Shown here in pieces: positions 12,610 through 26,033 of a stretch of 64,000 nucleotides of DNA (its first letter is position 1; each line of letters begins with the position of its first letter). The translations under genes were made by a program, and so were the position numbers. Under the pieces are notes generated by a model. That model ran no database searches, was not told the DNA's origin, and worked only from the letters and a program-made list of their open reading frames with translations. Source of the stretch: Rhynchopus sp. YZ270_cl-10. Taxonomy: Eukaryota. The stretch is taken from contig OZ037845.1 in the NCBI GenBank assembly GCA_964035575.1, positions 1,116,001-1,180,000 of the forward strand, in the 5' to 3' direction.

Positions 12610-14260
12610 ATGAAAGTTCACGTATTAGTGTTGTGCGTCAGTGTTGCACATGCGTTTCCTGATCTAGACTCGGTGGCTTCTGTTGCAGTGCCCATGGCAG
12701 TTGATACTATTACGAAGGATGGGAGGATTATCGACTCCGAAGGGCAGGAGGTGACACTTGACCCACGTGACCAGGGGCTGAACCCAAAGGCAACCTTCTC
12801 TGCTTTGTACAGAAACGCCAAGCAGGACGACGTCCTGCGCGCAGCAGATGCACTCCAGCAAAAGTCACGCCACCCCAACATCACCTACACAAAACCCCCA
12901 ATGGGCAGCTGCGTCATCGACCCCACCTCCAACACAAGACTTTGCACGCAAGACAAAACCAACCCAGTTTGCCCGAAACAGTTTTACTCTGGGGCACGTG
13001 TCTCATGCCACCGTTTGGCCCTTTTTCTTCATGAGGTGGACCAGGATAAGATGAATGTGACGGTGTCGTGGTGGGCCGACCAGGACTGTCTGATTCACCG
13101 CACGCTGTGTACTGTGGACCACCCAAAGCATCGTAGACAGTTTGAGGATGAGACGTACGACTTTTCTCGGACCTGTGAGGAGCGCACGGCGTTGACATTT
13201 CATTATCAGTACCACATTGTGTTGCCGTCGGGAAAGCACTACGACAAGCTGTACCACGGATTCCACACACTCGCGCACAACGAGCCGCAGACCATCTTCA
13301 GGATCTACGACAACGAGAAGCCGTACCTGGAGCACTCCCTCACGGTGCTTATGTTCGAAAAGGACGCCTTTGGCGCAATCACCTTCAAACCTGAGGATCT
13401 TGACCAGTCAGTCATCAAATTCCGCAGAGGCGATATGACAGGGATGTATGTGCAGTTTGCCGGCATGCAGCACAGATTTGCCACAGCAACAAAGCCTGAG
13501 TCCTTCCTCTCGCAGAAGGGCAATGCGCAGGTCACAAAGGTCCCCTACATCTCACGATGCACCAAAGCAGAAAAGGACGAATGGCACCAGCTAAAGGCAG
13601 TAATGATCATCCAGCCGGATGACAAACACCATGGGGGGCATCGCACGGTTTTGGTAGTGGTTGCAATTGGAGGTATGTCTGAGGGATTTGTGAGGGGTGT
13701 TGTGGAGATTGTCAAAACAACCCAGTGAGGACTGTCGAAAGGTCACGGAAAAAAGCAAAACAGACCACTCAACACCTACACAGGTCTCCTCTGCTGTCTT
13801 GCCGCCTTCAGCTTTGGTGTGCATTACTATCTCATGAAGCGGAAGGAGTTCTTTGCACAGAAGGCAGAGCTGCAGGCAAACAGAATCGAGGTATTCCACA
13901 TCCCATCCCATCCCCGTCTCAATTCGTTATTTTTCAACTCTTTGCTTAGCCAATAGCGTCACGAGAGGGCTATGCATTTCAAGAAGAAAATCTTTTACCT
14001 GCATTGAGATGTTTGCATGACATATCCATGTTTATGTGTAGTTATAGTATAATCAGACGTAAAACATAAAAAAACCTTCACGTTCACTGAACCCTCAGGT
14101 GGCTCATACCCAGCAGATGCAGCAGACGCATCAGATGCAGCAGATTCACCACCAAATGGCCAGCATGGGCGCCGTGGTGACAGGGACCCCTGTAGAGGCT
14201 GATGCATGCCAAGCTGCCGAACTGCCCCCTCCACAGCTCACCGCTACTGGACAAGCTTGA
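12610..14260 (+). CDS. Type-I membrane protein, paralog 3; exons 12610-13672, 13784-13890, 14099-14260
   Basis: Same ectodomain motifs. Intron positions and phases match paralog 2 (phase 1 within the TM, phase 0 after NRIE/NRVD). Gln-rich tail ends at TGA 14258-14260. Confidence 0.85.
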
Positions 14261-16862
14261 TGACTGCCTTTTTGCAACCCCCTTTTGCATCCTAACACCA
14301 CAGAAATAGAACCACCTCCAACCCCCCCTCCCGAACAGAACAGAACAACACAAATACAGAACAGAACTCACGAACCAGAGTTTTCCAACTCAGTGCCGGT
14401 TCTCTCTCTCTCTCTCTCTCCCTCTCTTCAGGTGGCTAAGCAATACTAGGCTTGAAGATTGGGCTCATTTACAAACTTTCTCTTTTCTTTGCTTTGTTTG
14501 TTTTTGATACAGATCGTTCTTGATACAGCCTGAAACAGATAACAACCGGCCGATCTTGAGTAAGAGTGCCACCATGCGTAGCTGTTTGACACATGTTTCT
14601 CCTTCAAGGGTCGTGTTTCGCACACAGGCGGTTGCTCTTTGCAAGCGATGATGCTGCTCAAAAACCTCCTTTTTTTCAACCACACCGTGCTCTGCAGCTT
14701 CGATGATCATATCGAGAAGCAGAGTCTGAGAAAACCACCTGTACTAGGTGTCCTGAGGCGTTTAGGTTTGCAGAAGAGCAACAGTCGATAAAAAGTTTCT
14801 TTTAGTTCTTCACATCATCCCTTACAACAAACTTGTGGAAACCCACGTAACTGATGCGCAATAACGCATGTAATCAAGGTGACTAAGTACAAGAGGCTTA
14901 GGGTTATCTTATAAACTTTTTTCTTCTTTTTTTTGTCTTCAGGATTGAAGATGAAGGAGGGTGCTTGACAGCGTGGTCTAATGTGACAATATTGCCTCGT
15001 TAAAATCCCCCAGTTTCTTCGTTCATTTCCCGCAAAGCAAAGTTTTCCCAAGCAAACAAAAGCTCCCACACACACAACAAAAAAAATCCCTCCCCAGATT
15101 AAAAAAAACAAGTCCGCATATTGCCGATCTCGTTTTCTTGCTCGTTTCAAGGAGGGGTTTTATGCGATAGGTTTAGAGCCATCTTTTGGGAGTTTCTTTT
15201 TTCCCGTTATTTTTGTTCATTTTAATGCTCTTTTTTCCTTTTTCTTTTCAGTGACCAAGCGAGGCTTAGGTTCATCTTACGAAAAAAGCTTTTGTTTTCG
15301 TCTTGACATTCATGTCAACAGAATTTTTCACCATGATTCACTTTGTCACTCAAATAACGCCCCCCTCCTGCACACGTACCCCCCTCTGGTGCTGTTAATT
15401 ACTTGCGGCCACTTGGGATCGTGTAGATTTCATTCCTTCCATCACCCCCTCTTCCACCCCTGGGTTTTGCCTTTCCTCCCTATCTGAAAGAAACCATTTT
15501 TTTCTCCACAAAATTTCCCCTTTTTTTCACAAAATCACTGCAGTCACAAAAGTGAAGGACACCCTTTGGGAGGTTATTTTTTTCATAAAAGCTGCTCTCA
15601 AGGGTTGAGGACGAACTGCGTCCAGACCTTCCGTACAGAGTTTCGACCAATGCTGAGTACCCAAGGCAACCACTTACCCCTGCTGTACACATTCTTTAGG
15701 ATGAGGTGCGCTGTAGGTGTGCTAGCCTTTGGCCACACTGCACAGAGAAGCCTTGTCTTCAAAATCTACTCCAAAAAAAATTCAACTTAGAGAAAGAAGG
15801 AAACCGAGTCGGGGCGTTTCTTCACAAAGAAAAAGGAACAGAACAGAACAGAACAGCTCATGTAGGTTCTCTGTACATGGACTCTCACTGCACAGTTAAC
15901 ACTGCAAAGGTGTGGAGTTCCGAAGAAGTTTACAAAAAAACGAGCAATTTTTTTTCCCCACAGCGATATTTGCATTCAATTGATCATTTTTTCTGGTGCC
16001 TGCGTCCGCCGATGAACGGTGATGCGTTTGCACTTTTCAACTTCTCTTTTTTTTTTTTTCTCCCCACGAAACTTGATTCAAAGGAGAAATGGTATTACCG
16101 GGTACGGTCGCCAAATCATCCCTCAAACAGGAGGAGTGTACACATCAACGAAACAACTTTACCGATCCTACTATTTCCCCCCCCCCCCCCCTTTTTTTTA
16201 GCGCCACCAGATGGTTGTCTCCAATGTAAATGACGGTTTTCCCCCCCCGCTGCACTAATCAACAGCATATGGGGAGAAAAAAAATACACCAACACAAAAT
16301 ACTACCCCTTTTTTAGCGGAAAAATCAAGCTAGCATCGTATATTTCCACAATGCACCCTTGGTTTATCCACTTTTCTTTTAAAACCCCACCCCCCCATAC
16401 ATCCTCCTCTTTCTCCAAACCTTTGAAAAGGTTTTCCTTTTACCAAAAACGCTTCCCCTCCCCTTTCCTATTTTTCACCTATTCTGCGGGACGTCCTTGC
16501 CGTACTCCAATGGAGAAATTTTTTTTGCCCCATTCCCTTGCAAAAAAAATAGCAACTCTCATTGAAAACTGGCAACATCTTTTGTTGTCAAAAAACCATT
16601 GATGGTGTGGCTGAAAGGGGGTGCTATTGTTGTGACCTGAAGGTTGGTTGTGATACATATCTAGGTCTTGTGCCAATGTTACACACAGCAAGACCCCTGA
16701 CTACATGTGTTCGTCCCGGCCTGGAGTCATCACGCTTGCTATTTTTTGCTACTTTCTGCTATTTTCTGCTATTTTGGGGTCGTCGGCCACACACCAAATT
16801 GAAATTTTTTTCACCTATTCTTATCCCCACCATCCTTCCTTGCAGGGAGGAGGTATTGAAAT

Positions 16863-18116
16863 ATGTCGGAATGCGTTGAACTGTATAAGGAGGCTGTGAG
16901 CGAGCTGGAGGAGACTGGGTATGTCGGGTATGCAGCGTCGGTGAAGGAGTCCAGCATGGGGAGCTCAGCGTACTACAGCGCTTCGGCTGGGTCGTCGGGG
17001 AGCAGTCGCAGGAAGACATACCGGAAGGGCATTGATCTCTACAATCTGTCAGAGGACATTCGGATGATCTTAAAGAACGGTGCGGAAACCCCAAAACTGC
17101 GTTTCCCCAGCGGGAAGGATGTGGAACGTCTGTTGGCACTCAAAATCGCTGCAGATGAAGCGAAAAAATCCTCCAACCTTCGTGCCCTGTGTTACTACCG
17201 TCTTGCGGTCATGATTTTTGGGGATAAAAAGGACAAAATGAAGTCAACCAACATGAAGACACCTCAAAAGGATATGGAACAGAACATTGAGGCGGAGGAG
17301 TTTATGAAGACACCGTTGATGCTTTTGGTTGATGCGATTCGGGAGGAGCCGGGGTTTGTGTTTGCGTGGTTTCAGCTTGCAGAGGTTATGGTTGGGAAGA
17401 CCGGCGTGGTACGCCTGCCTAAGGACGGAGTTCTCACCCGGTTTACTGGACAGGAGGTTTTGGAGCATGCGAACCACCTTGCAGAGCAGATTGCATCTCT
17501 TGCTAATATCAGCACCGCTGCGTCTATTACAGACTCTGATGCAGGGCGTATCCTTTCTCTGTCAGAGGAAATGAGGAGGAGAAGGTCCCGCAATGTCACA
17601 CCCCCCAAAATGTCGAAAGAAATCCGCGAAGAAAACCTTTACAGAGCTATCCTTCTTGCAAAGAAGGTCAGTCCTGAGCATCTTGCCTTGGCGAAGTTTC
17701 ACCTGGCAAAATACCTTGCAGGTCGTGGCAAGGAGGAGCCTACCTTCTATTTGGTGCCAAACAACCTGAGCACCCCGATCCACCCCCATAGACTTCTTCT
17801 TGAAGCGTTGGACTATGTAAACGGAACGCATGAGGTCAGTATGCTCACTTCAACCAGGATCTATCAAGCGCTCTCGGTATACATGAAAGACATCCATCCG
17901 GACTCAAAGATAAGGGTTGACGACGAAACCTTATCCCAAGCGCTTGTCAAAAAGAAGTTTGAAAAGGAGCTCGGCAAACGCTCCCTCGCCTTCTGGGATA
18001 AAAAGGGGAAGCTGCCTTCAGGGAACCCTATCAACGCTGAGCCATCATCTACACAATCCAAAGTCAAAACACGCATTGAGAAACGCAGTGGGGGTGGGGA
18101 ATGGGGGAAGGCCTAG
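16863..18116 (+). CDS. Hypothetical protein with degenerate TPR-like helical repeats
   Basis: 417 aa ORF preceded by a pyrimidine tract and CAG. Recurrent units such as CYYRLA, LLVDAIREEPGFVFAWFQLA, AKFHLAKYL, LLLEALD. Confidence 0.75.
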   Translation: MSECVELYKEAVSELEETGYVGYAASVKESSMGSSAYYSASAGSSGSSRRKTYRKGIDLYNLSEDIRMILKNGAETPKLRFPSGKDVERLLALKIAADEAKKSSNLRALCYYRLAVMIFGDKKDKMKSTNMKTPQKDMEQNIEAEEFMKTPLMLLVDAIREEPGFVFAWFQLAEVMVGKTGVVRLPKDGVLTRFTGQEVLEHANHLAEQIASLANISTAASITDSDAGRILSLSEEMRRRRSRNVTPPKMSKEIREENLYRAILLAKKVSPEHLALAKFHLAKYLAGRGKEEPTFYLVPNNLSTPIHPHRLLLEALDYVNGTHEVSMLTSTRIYQALSVYMKDIHPDSKIRVDDETLSQALVKKKFEKELGKRSLAFWDKKGKLPSGNPINAEPSSTQSKVKTRIEKRSGGGEWGKA

Positions 18117-21100
18117 GGGGTGAGATCAGAATCGGGTGGGGGGGACAAAAATGTGTGGGGTTTTAAGGGAGGAGGGGGAGAGAGGGGGAAGGGTGGGGAG
18201 GAGGGTACGTCCATGGGGCAAAAACGAGCGTTGCATCCGAAAAAGGCGTGTGCACATATCAACTTTATCTTTATTTTATTTTGATGGGTGTGTAGATGGG
18301 TGTTTCATCTTGTCATTTCTTTTTTCTTTTCTTTTGTTATTTATTTGCGCCAGTACGTTCTTACCGCGACCCCCCCCTTTCCCTGGGGTATTTTGATTGT
18401 ACACTCTCTTTGTGTTGTGCATTCAAACTCTCTCAAGTGTTAATTTCAAGACAAACGCGATGTGTGCTCAAGATGAGAGAGCCTTATAGCCCCTATTCAT
18501 ATGTTCAGTGTCCCCCACACCCTCTCCACCCAGTGTTCCCAGAGCCATACTTTCGGTTCACCCCCCCTCCCAGATACGTTTTTGTGTTTGAAGAAATGGT
18601 AAAAAACCCCCATTTTTTTTCAGAGGGGGGAAAAAAAGATGTCTGAAATATGTTCTTCAGCAGGTTCACCCCCCTTCATTCCCCCCATGTTTGTCTAAGT
18701 GTGTGCCTTTTTTTTTGTTCTCCCTTTTTAAGGTGATCCTCACAAAGTACTGTGAGCCTTATTCACCAAAAAAAAATACCCCCCTTCTTCTTTATTGCTG
18801 TTATTATTTTCAAGATTTTTTTTTTGTTGGGAAAAATTCGACGAAGCATGCACGACTCGCTTCGACTCTGCGGGGAGTATCATCTACGTTTTTTCTTATT
18901 TTTCATTTTTTTCATTTTTTGGTTTTTTTATTTCTTTCTTTTCCTTGAACCAAATACCCCTCTTTCCAAGGTTTTTACCACCTGAATTTTGCCTGAATTT
19001 TGGTGGAATTTAGTGGTGTTTGGTGACCAAATTTCATCCAAAATCAGGTGGATTTGTTCATTACTCAAGCGTTTCTTAGTATTCTTCCCCATTTTTTATG
19101 TTCTTTTCAACATGATGTTTTATATTGGGATCAGCACTTTCCACTTTAGGTCTAAGCTTGCGAGGCTAAGGATATTGTCTCACAAAGTTTTTTTTCTTTG
19201 CTTTCTTCCAAGCTTCAAACCCCAGCGTGTTCCCGCACGATTTTCTTTTTCTTTTCGATTACTTTTTTTTTAACTGCATTAAACATGAGACGCTAAGGGT
19301 TATCAGTTTCTGATATTTTGATCTAAAATCATCCCGGGGGAGCAAAAAATTCCTAGAAAAATGAACTATTTTTCGGGTTGAAATGCTCTTTTTTTTTTTC
19401 ATCACCCGGCGTTTCCGCTGCCCATCCTATTGACCTACCATGTTTTATAGTGACTAAGCACACTAAGTATTCAGATGGTGGATCATATCTGAACGGTTGC
19501 TTGGGTTTGTTTACAGGTGTGCGTTGCTCGAGACTCATCTACCCATCTTTCACAGTTTCTCTCTCCCCATTTTTTTGAGAAATGGGATCAAAAAAAAAGC
19601 ACATGGTGACAAAAAAAAGAACGTTTTGTCACCGAGGTCTATCCCACTTTCATTATTTTTCTTTTTCTCACTCCCCGCTGGCGTCCTTGGACTTTTTCCT
19701 CGCTTCTGAGTGCTGTGGTAGCTCCCCCCCCCCACGAAGGAACTCAGATTAATACGCGACCAAACGTCACATCCTGGAGCGGCAGTTTTTTTTCTTTTTT
19801 CTTTTTTTTTCTCTTTTTTTTTTGAAGTGCGCGCGTGGTTCCTTGTCAAGAAGATTCACGAACTCCCTTTTTCCCCAGCGTATTCCAGCGCGATAACGAT
19901 AGTGGTAAAGATGTGTGCAGTAAATGTGCAGAAGAGGCACATTCATCTTTCAAGCTTTCTTCTGTAGAAAAGCGTTGATCCTTTACGGACATAGCACTCA
20001 CCTCCGAATTCTACCTCAGTGGTACCACATTTTTTTTTTTAAAGCTTTTGGTACTAGTCCTGTTCTCTTTTGCTCTGCTGAGGCAGTGTGGTGGCGCGTT
20101 TTTCATTTTTTTCATTTTTATTAAAGATGTCTGTTTTCATCAGCATTCTCTTTCCCTGCATCAGCACCTCTCCCCCCCTTTCCCCTACCCCTTTCTAAGA
20201 AAGATATATGGGCCCCAGGTTCATTTCATCTTTTAGTTTTTTCAATTTTTTTTTATAACAATTTCAGAACTGTGTTGCCAACCTTGCCCCATAGGGGGGA
20301 GGAATCTGTGGAGGAGACAGTAGATCTCAAGGATGTCTCCACGTTTTGTCAATTTTACCCTTTTCTTAGATGCCTGAGCATGAGAAGCTTAGCGTCACGT
20401 AACCCACCCTTTTTTTTTGTTGAAATATTGTTTGATGGTGTGTTCCGGGGTGTGGGACTTTACACATCTTCACAACTCTTCACAACTTTTCACAGCATAG
20501 TATATGCCATGTTTTTTTGTGAATTGAAAATTGAAAATTTGCATTTTTCCGATACCCCGGACGGAACACAACCATTTGACAATATTTTACCTTTTTTTTT
20601 TGTCACCCTTTTGTGCTATTACCCAGTGATTCAGGCCCTTTTTTTTTGGCAGACACCATCCCATGAGGGGGCGTATCCCCCCCACCCAACCCCATCCAAC
20701 ACCCTGTTTTTCATTTTTATATTTTTTGGAACCAAAAAACCCCCAACGTTCCGGTCAAAACGTACAAGAAAAGACCTGAAACCAAGAAAAAGATAAGATC
20801 TTTAGTGATTGTCGATACAAAAAAAAAAAAAAAAACACCCAAACCCACGTATTAAAAAAAACCCCAAGCGGGTCCTCAGGCGATTGTCGACACAACAAAA
20901 AAAAGGACACAGCCTACTCTTTGGTAGGTGATTGTCAATACAACAATAGGTTTAGGGATAGAGGAGGTTATATCATGTGGCAACTGCACTGTTAACTGTT
21001 GCAACAAATTTAACAAAAAAAAAGGAAAAAAAGAACGAGAAAAGAAAAAAAGAGGGGAAAAAAGCAAAGTATTTGGGGCATTGAATCTATCAGACCCCCC

Positions 21101-23827
21101 CTTTTTGCTCGACCCTGAATTTCCCCCCTCCCTCCCCCTTTTATTGCGTCTGATCTCTTTCTGTGCACTCTACAGGATGACTCTGTTGTGCTTAATTAAA
21201 TGCTGATTTTCTTTTGTACATACTGCATCAAAATCCTCTGCATCGTTAAGAGATAGGTGAAGACGTAATAATTTAAAAAAAAGCAGAAAAAATAAAGGGT
21301 TTCACCACTGAAAGAAAACACGATCGGTTTTGTTTTTTTCATTCTTCCTCTCAACCGGATTGTAGCTTTGCTGTCTTCTCGTTTTAATATCAGGAGAGGC
21401 TTAGGTTCATCTTATCAACCTTTTTTCTCTTTTTCTTCAGATGTCTGTTCTTTAGTTCGGGTGTTTGGTGCTCTTCGGAAATCGGTCAGCGACCTGTCAA
21501 TATCGACCCCCCTCCCGGAGCACCAGTGTTCTTATTCTATTCACGTTTGCCCACAAAGAGGTGAAAACCCACTGTACTCAATTTTTCTTCTCGGCAAAAA
21601 GGAATGCCTCTTCTCCCCATTTAGCTTGGATTTTTTCAAAAAAAAGGGTTGTTTTGTCCCTACCCTGTCATTTTGAGTAAGAAATTTTGTTCAGTTGGGA
21701 GTGATGTCCGTGGAAAACAATACCCAGTAACGAGAGACAATTTTTTTTTCTTTTTAAACGAAGTACCTTTAAAACATACCAAATTCTTGGCGCTAGGAAA
21801 ATAGAAACGACTGACGGTGTGTGCCCGCTAGCATTGTTTAGTCCCCCTCTTTTTTTTTCCCTCTCACTTCACAACGAACATCGTACTTCAGTGGGGAAGA
21901 AAAAAAAAAGCATAAATTGCAGAGCGGAGCAATTTTTTTCTCCTTTATCCTGAAGTCAAGTTTCTATTGAAAAAAAAACCCCCCCCCCTTGCGTCTTTGT
22001 ATTTTTTAAGTATCTGTGTCTGTGTCTGCGTTCGCCAATGCACGGTGAGGCACTTTCAACTTCTCTTTTAAGTACAATGCCTTCAATGTGTGCATTGACC
22101 TACCTCGAGTAGGCCATTGCCCATACAACAGGTGCGGTTTCCATAGTATATTTTTTTTTTGACATTTGCTCGACAAAAAGTTGTTCGCAACAACACAACT
22201 CAAAAAAAAAGGTGACAAACAATTTTTTTTTTTTTTGTGAAGAGGAGGGGTTATTGTGCAAATCATGTTAGTCTGTTGTAGACAGGTTATGGATCATATC
22301 AGAAAACACTTTTTTGAGAGAAGCCGTATCGATTTTTTTTTTGTTCGTCAATTTTTTTTTAAAGGTGACTTTTTAGCGAATGACTTGGTTTATCTTTAAG
22401 AAATTGTGTTTTTTTGTCGGTAATTTGTCAGATATCACACCTCTCTGTCTCCACAGAACGTTATTGCACTTTCAACTTTCCCTTTTCTTTTTGTCGTCTT
22501 TTTTGTGGATGTTGCCCTCTCAGGCTGGTCCACTATTTTCAAGTTTTTTTTTTTTTTTGTGTTTGTATTTCATTATTTCATCTACCTTCCATTCAGTACA
22601 ACAGAACGTATATGAAATAATCAAATAATTTATTTTGTGCGAACCTTAGGAACCCCCCCCCCCTCCCCCAATGCTGCCTATGTGTTTAAATAGTGTAGTG
22701 CTAAAACATAGTTTTCTTTACATTAAAGAAAGATTCCCCTTTTAAAAAACCCCCCTTAACGAAGTTGCGAACCTTTTGAGGCTATGATAAATGCCCCTTT
22801 TTGCACTTCGCAAAATAAAAAAACGACAAATTGATGAGTTGGTGGGAGAGGGGATTTAACAGAAGGCGAACTGATTCGTTTTTCAATAGAAAATGACAAT
22901 AAGCTAAGCACATGAACTAACGATTCTTAAGCTAAAAAAAAGTCAAAGTATCCACCGAATATAGTTACTTCGGCTATTGTCCCGCACAACAAGCGATTTC
23001 CCCCCCTCTTCCAGTTACTCACGTCACACATAGTTATTTCATAGCAAGGAGCAGATCATTTTTTAGAGCAAAAAAAAAACAGCTACCAGCGATGGTTTTT
23101 TTATTATTTGTTCCATCGCAAAAGGGAAAATGGGCATGGAGGAGAGAGAGAGAGAGAGAGGAGGGAAAAGGGTAGTTCTCTGGTTTTGAAAATGAAGAAG
23201 GAAAAAAAAAAAAGCTGGTTTTTTTTTTTTATTTGATTGGTTTCAACAAAGAGAAAGCAAAGTTAAAAATGTTGATAGCTTGTTGATGCATGTATCTCTG
23301 GATAGTAGAAGCCTTCTCTAGGCTTTCACTAAACCCAACAGATTATCAAAAAGAATAAATCATTTTTTTTTAATATTAGGAGGACCTATGGGAACCCAAG
23401 GCTCTGTCGTGACAGATGCGGAGACACAATTCAAGTTCAAATAGTGTTTTTTTTTGTTTGTTTTGTGTCTTTCCCTTCTGCATGATACATACGCGTATTA
23501 TACAAATATGCCCCATGCGTATTACAAAAATGACGTTTTTTTTTTGACCAAAAATACGTCTATTATTAGTAACACGCCTGTTATTTACATAGATTTATGT
23601 AAATGTTATACAGATGGGGGGTTTACCTTTTTTTCTCCCGAGATGTGATCCCAACTCCTTCTTTTTTTTTTTTGCATACTAGAGACAATCATTTACCTCC
23701 TCCACTCCCCCTCTCCACCCCTACCCCACCCTCCTCTCGCGTGGCGAGAATACATCTACAACTTGATTTCACTGCTTGTTGGAAAGCCTGGATCTCAGGG
23801 TGTCTTCCGTTTTAAACCGTTCTTTTT

Positions 23828-23875
23828 CAGTGCCTGCGTCCGCCGATGAACGGTGAGGCGTTTGTACTTTTCAAC
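23828..23875 (+). repeat. Representative of dispersed hairpin family B (CAGTGCCTGCGTCCGCCGATG.ACGGTGAGGCGTTTGCACTTTCAAC), roughly 15 copies by eye
   Basis: Copies near 2228, 4196, 5690, 11676, 12123, 15995, 18225, 22022, 23828, 25112, 37563, 41368, 44471. All are in the + orientation. Confidence 0.85.
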
Positions 23876-24197
23876 TTCTCTTTTCTTCCCCCCCCCCTTT
23901 CCCCTTTTCCGTTGCCAATTTTTTTTTTTTTTTTGCATTTTCTGTCTGCATTTTTTCTCTTTTTCAGGTGACTCACGTATGATGAGGCTCAACACTGAGA
24001 GACTTACAAGCCTTCAGGGGGCTTTTAATTCTCTCTTTTTTTTAACACTCCAGTGACCCCAGGTGGTGGGGGTTCGATTTCGATAGCACACACTTGACGA
24101 CATTTGTGATGACATGACAAGCAGTTATTGGTACCCCAGAAATCCAAAATACCAAGTACGCAACAACTACGCACTAAGTACGCAAGAAGTACGTATA

Positions 24198-24304
24198 CAG
24201 TGGTTAAAGAAAGTTTACGCCTAAACTAATGGCGGAATTGAAATCGATGGCGGAAATTACTTTAGGCGGGCACTTTTCTTAGGCGGAACTTTCTTTAACC
24301 ACTG
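24198..24304. mobile_element. 107 bp Tc1/mariner-type MITE
   Basis: TA|CAGTGGTTAAAGAAAGTT ... AACTTTCTTTAACCACTG|TA: CAGT termini with TA duplication. Confidence 0.85.
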
Positions 24305-26033
24305 TATAGGGGATTCCTGCATTTGTTTTTCTTGTGGACAACAATTCTTGTGCGCAAGAAGTACGCAATATGGGGTCGTCAGGAGCACCAGTTATCTTTA
24401 AATTTTTTGTGCTTGTCATATCATGAGTAGTGTCGTCTGGCATGGGGAGATGGTGTCTGTGTCCCCAAAGGCGTACTATCGATATCACATTTTTTTCTTT
24501 TTTATGTGTCTGTGTGCAGCGAGAGAGGGCGCAATTCACTCAAAAAAAAAAAAAATTCTCTCTTTTTTTTTTACCCTACCCTCCCCTACCCTCCCCCATC
24601 TTTCCTGTTCTCTCCCTTTCCCTTTCCCCACACTCCAATCGCATACCGTTACCGCTAGGCAAGACCACACCCCTGAGGGTAAAGAAGAGAATTTAGAGAA
24701 CTGGAGTGTTCCCGTTCTCGTCCCTCCCCTCTCTTTTCGTATCCCCTCCGAACGCTGTGTGTATACACCTTTCCAAAATTAAACACAGTACTCAAAATAC
24801 GGCAGATTTTGGGGGTTTTTTGAAGTAAAATTGGCCCCTTTTTTGTTTTTTTTTTTTTCGATTCATGCTCTGTAAACCTCTACACGCTTTTACGGCAGGT
24901 AACCGGTTTGAGGTGATCCTCGACCTTTTTTTTTTTTGGATGCCGAACACATATTTGGAGTACTGTAAAATAATTGTTGGTGCATCTATAGAGGTGTTCT
25001 GCAGTTCCCCCTTTTTTGATTGTGATGAAGGTGGAGGAAAGCTTATGAGACGAACCTCAGCCTCCCGTGCTTTCTAGGTCTTAGCGTTTCAAGTCAAATT
25101 TTTTTTTTTTTGAACGGTGAGGCGTTTGTACTATCAACTTCTCTTTTTTTTAAATAAAAAGACGTATTGGTTTGGTGATCCATATTCCAAAATATTCACC
25201 TGCCTAGGTTCACATCCTGAGATGTGAACCACGGCACCAACCGGACAAATTCCGGATTTACTCTTAGTAGCACAGAACGAGAAGCACGCTACCTCAGCAG
25301 CGCAAAAGTGACGAGTGAATGTCATTTTTTTTTTTTTAATCTGAAAGATAGTGTTACCGAAATCCTGTCAGGGACCTGTCAATATAGGGGGTGTCATTTT
25401 GTAATTTCCACCTGATTTTTACTGGGTACTGGGTACTGGCAAAAGTGTTAAGGAATTGTAAAGCGGACCCCCCCCTTTGTGTCAGGGATCTGTCAATATC
25501 GGCACTTTCGGAACACCAAAGAATATATAAAAAAAAACATACACAGAGAGACTGGCGACTGTGCTGAAACTAACGTGGGCAGGTTTTTTTTTTTTGCATC
25601 TAAACGGCAGGCCCATTTCTACACCCCTTTTTTTTTCCCACCCATCCCTTAGTACCATCACCATCACCATTCGCCCCATCAAAAAAAAAGCATAGTTTTG
25701 TTTTTGCAAAAAATTAGACATTTTTGTTTTTTGCTTCTCCACTCTCACTTCGAACATTACTTTGGATAGCAGGGTAGAATTCCTTGTCGACATGCTGACC
25801 ACACCTTGCAAAGACAATAAACTAGCGTGACTGAATGGAGAGGTGCACAAAGTACACAAGAAGTGCGAATCACCCCCCCCCCCTTCAGCCACAATACACG
25901 CTTCTGTTCCTTCTACAACATGACGCCACTGTATCAAAACAAAGTTTACGAAGAAGTCATATCACTCCCATACCCTATTCACAATTCTCCTTCACCACAC
26001 CACCACCACAGATATCCTTTTGCAAACTTCAAG

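Noticed and set aside
14640..14730. Possible C/D snoRNA (GATGATG...CTGA)
   Set aside because: The C box is imperfect, with no terminal stem or recognisable rRNA-antisense guide.
18200..25800. Many short Phe/Lys-rich ORFs in the gene-poor stretch
   Set aside because: They result from poly-T/poly-A tracts and show no coding-like composition or motifs.
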